Shown here in pieces: positions 32,134 to 33,156 of a DNA stretch of 33,156 nt. The notes beneath the pieces are model-generated. The model saw nothing but the letters and a program-made list of their open reading frames with translations, ran no database searches and was not told the DNA's origin. Origin of the DNA: a virus (lineage: Duplodnaviria > Caudoviricetes); the IMG/VR virus record IMGVR_UViG_3300037851_000800, positions 1 to 33,156 of that record. One strand, 5' to 3'. Positions within the stretch are counted from its first letter, which is position 1. Each line of letters begins with the position of its first letter. The translations under genes were made by a program, and so were the position numbers.

Positions 32134-33156
32134 AAAAATTGAGATTGTTGTAACCGGAGATGCCAAGGCGCTGGTTGATGAGTTAAAACGCGCCGGGGTA
32201 CAGGTCAGGACGTTTGGAGAAGAAACCGAAAAATCTAAAAAAGGTCCGGAGTCGCTGGGCGGCCAGATGAAGGGTTTGGCCAGGGAATTGGGTCTGATGT
32301 ACGGCCTGGCGGAAGTGACCGGAATGGTCAAGGATTTTGCTACGGCGTCAATTGCGGCCGCGCGGGAAAGCGCGGCCAGCGAGGCCCAGTTGGTGGCGGC
32401 GCTTACCTCGACCGAGGGGGCGGCGGGCAAAACCAAAGAGGAGTTAATGGCCTACGCCTCCTCGTTGCAAAATGTGACAAATTACAGCGATGAGGCGGTG
32501 CAGGGCGGCCAATCGCTGCTGCTCACGTTTAAAAACATCAAGGGCGATACGTTTGACCAGGCTACCGCGGCTATCCTGGATATGTCGCAGGCAATGGGCA
32601 CCGACCTGAAATCCAGCGCCATCCAGGTGGGCAAGGCGTTGAATGATCCGGTAGAGGGGTTGAGCGCTCTCTCCCGCGTGGGCGTGCAGTTTACGGCGGA
32701 TCAGGAAAAGATGATCAAGGCGATGGTTGAGGCCGGGGATGTGGCCGGGGCGCAGGGCGTTATTTTGGCCGAACTGGAGAGCCAGTTTGGCGGCAGCGCC
32801 GCCGCCGCCAGGGATGCCGCCGGGCCGATCAAAGACCTTGAGGTGGCCTACGGCGATTTGCAGGAGGAGTTTGGCAACCTGTTGCTGGCGATGGCCGACA
32901 CCGGCGCTATGGATGTGATGGTTGACCAGATAAAAGCGATGACCGAGGGGGCGAAAGGGTGGGGGGAATTTATCAACCTGGCCAAGGCCATTACCTCAAC
33001 GGGCGAGGCCGCCGACGAAGCGGCGGGAGCAACTACAAAATATGCTTTAGGGACGGAATTGGCGACGCGCTGGCTGACAATGGGCGTTTTGAGCGCCGAG
33101 GATTTGGAACGGGTATTGACCGATGGCACAACCGCGCTTTTGGATTATACCGGCGG
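32126..33156 (+). CDS. Tape measure protein (3' truncated)
   Basis: MTEKIEIVVTGDAK..., Ala/Gly-rich helical sequence with VGKALNDPVEGLSALSRVG; open to the window end. Confidence 0.9.
   Translation, partial: MTEKIEIVVTGDAKALVDELKRAGVQVRTFGEETEKSKKGPESLGGQMKGLARELGLMYGLAEVTGMVKDFATASIAAARESAASEAQLVAALTSTEGAAGKTKEELMAYASSLQNVTNYSDEAVQGGQSLLLTFKNIKGDTFDQATAAILDMSQAMGTDLKSSAIQVGKALNDPVEGLSALSRVGVQFTADQEKMIKAMVEAGDVAGAQGVILAELESQFGGSAAAARDAAGPIKDLEVAYGDLQEEFGNLLLAMADTGAMDVMVDQIKAMTEGAKGWGEFINLAKAITSTGEAADEAAGATTKYALGTELATRWLTMGVLSAEDLERVLTDGTTALLDYTG

Larger units (their letters stand above)
1..33156. mobile_element. Temperate tailed phage genome, near-complete, circularly permuted
   Basis: Terminase, portal, capsid, tail, tape measure, serine integrase, cI/Cro and replication genes; no host housekeeping genes; tail genes at both ends of the window. 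Confidence 0.95.

Overview
The window is most of the genome of a temperate, long-tailed (siphovirus-like) phage in its excised, circularly permuted form. It opens inside the distal tail genes (1-5070), runs through a candidate attP and a large serine integrase operon (5052-7187), a second small HTH switch and a DEDDh exonuclease, a cI/Cro immunity region, a DnaA-N-domain replication protein with a likely origin, accessory genes, and then packaging, head, neck and tail genes, ending inside the tape measure gene. The host is probably Chloroflexota or another GAAC-N4-GTTC LexA-box lineage (inference). The main discovery is an integron-like cassette array inside the phage early/middle operon (15277-20075). 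An intact but shrunken IntI-like ORF that has lost most catalytic residues is followed, in the same orientation, by seven cassettes. Each cassette is closed by an attC-like site with R''/L''/L'/R' boxes and two extrahelical bases. The cassettes include three candidate DNA-modification enzymes (MT-A70 methyltransferase, radical SAM, Mom-like). Other notable items are an attP-like palindrome inside the integrase 3' end, a LexA-box promoter firing into the end of a peptidase-less repressor, two hairpin clusters and a covarying motif before the scaffold and capsid genes. All protein calls come from motif recognition and synteny by eye; no database search was run.
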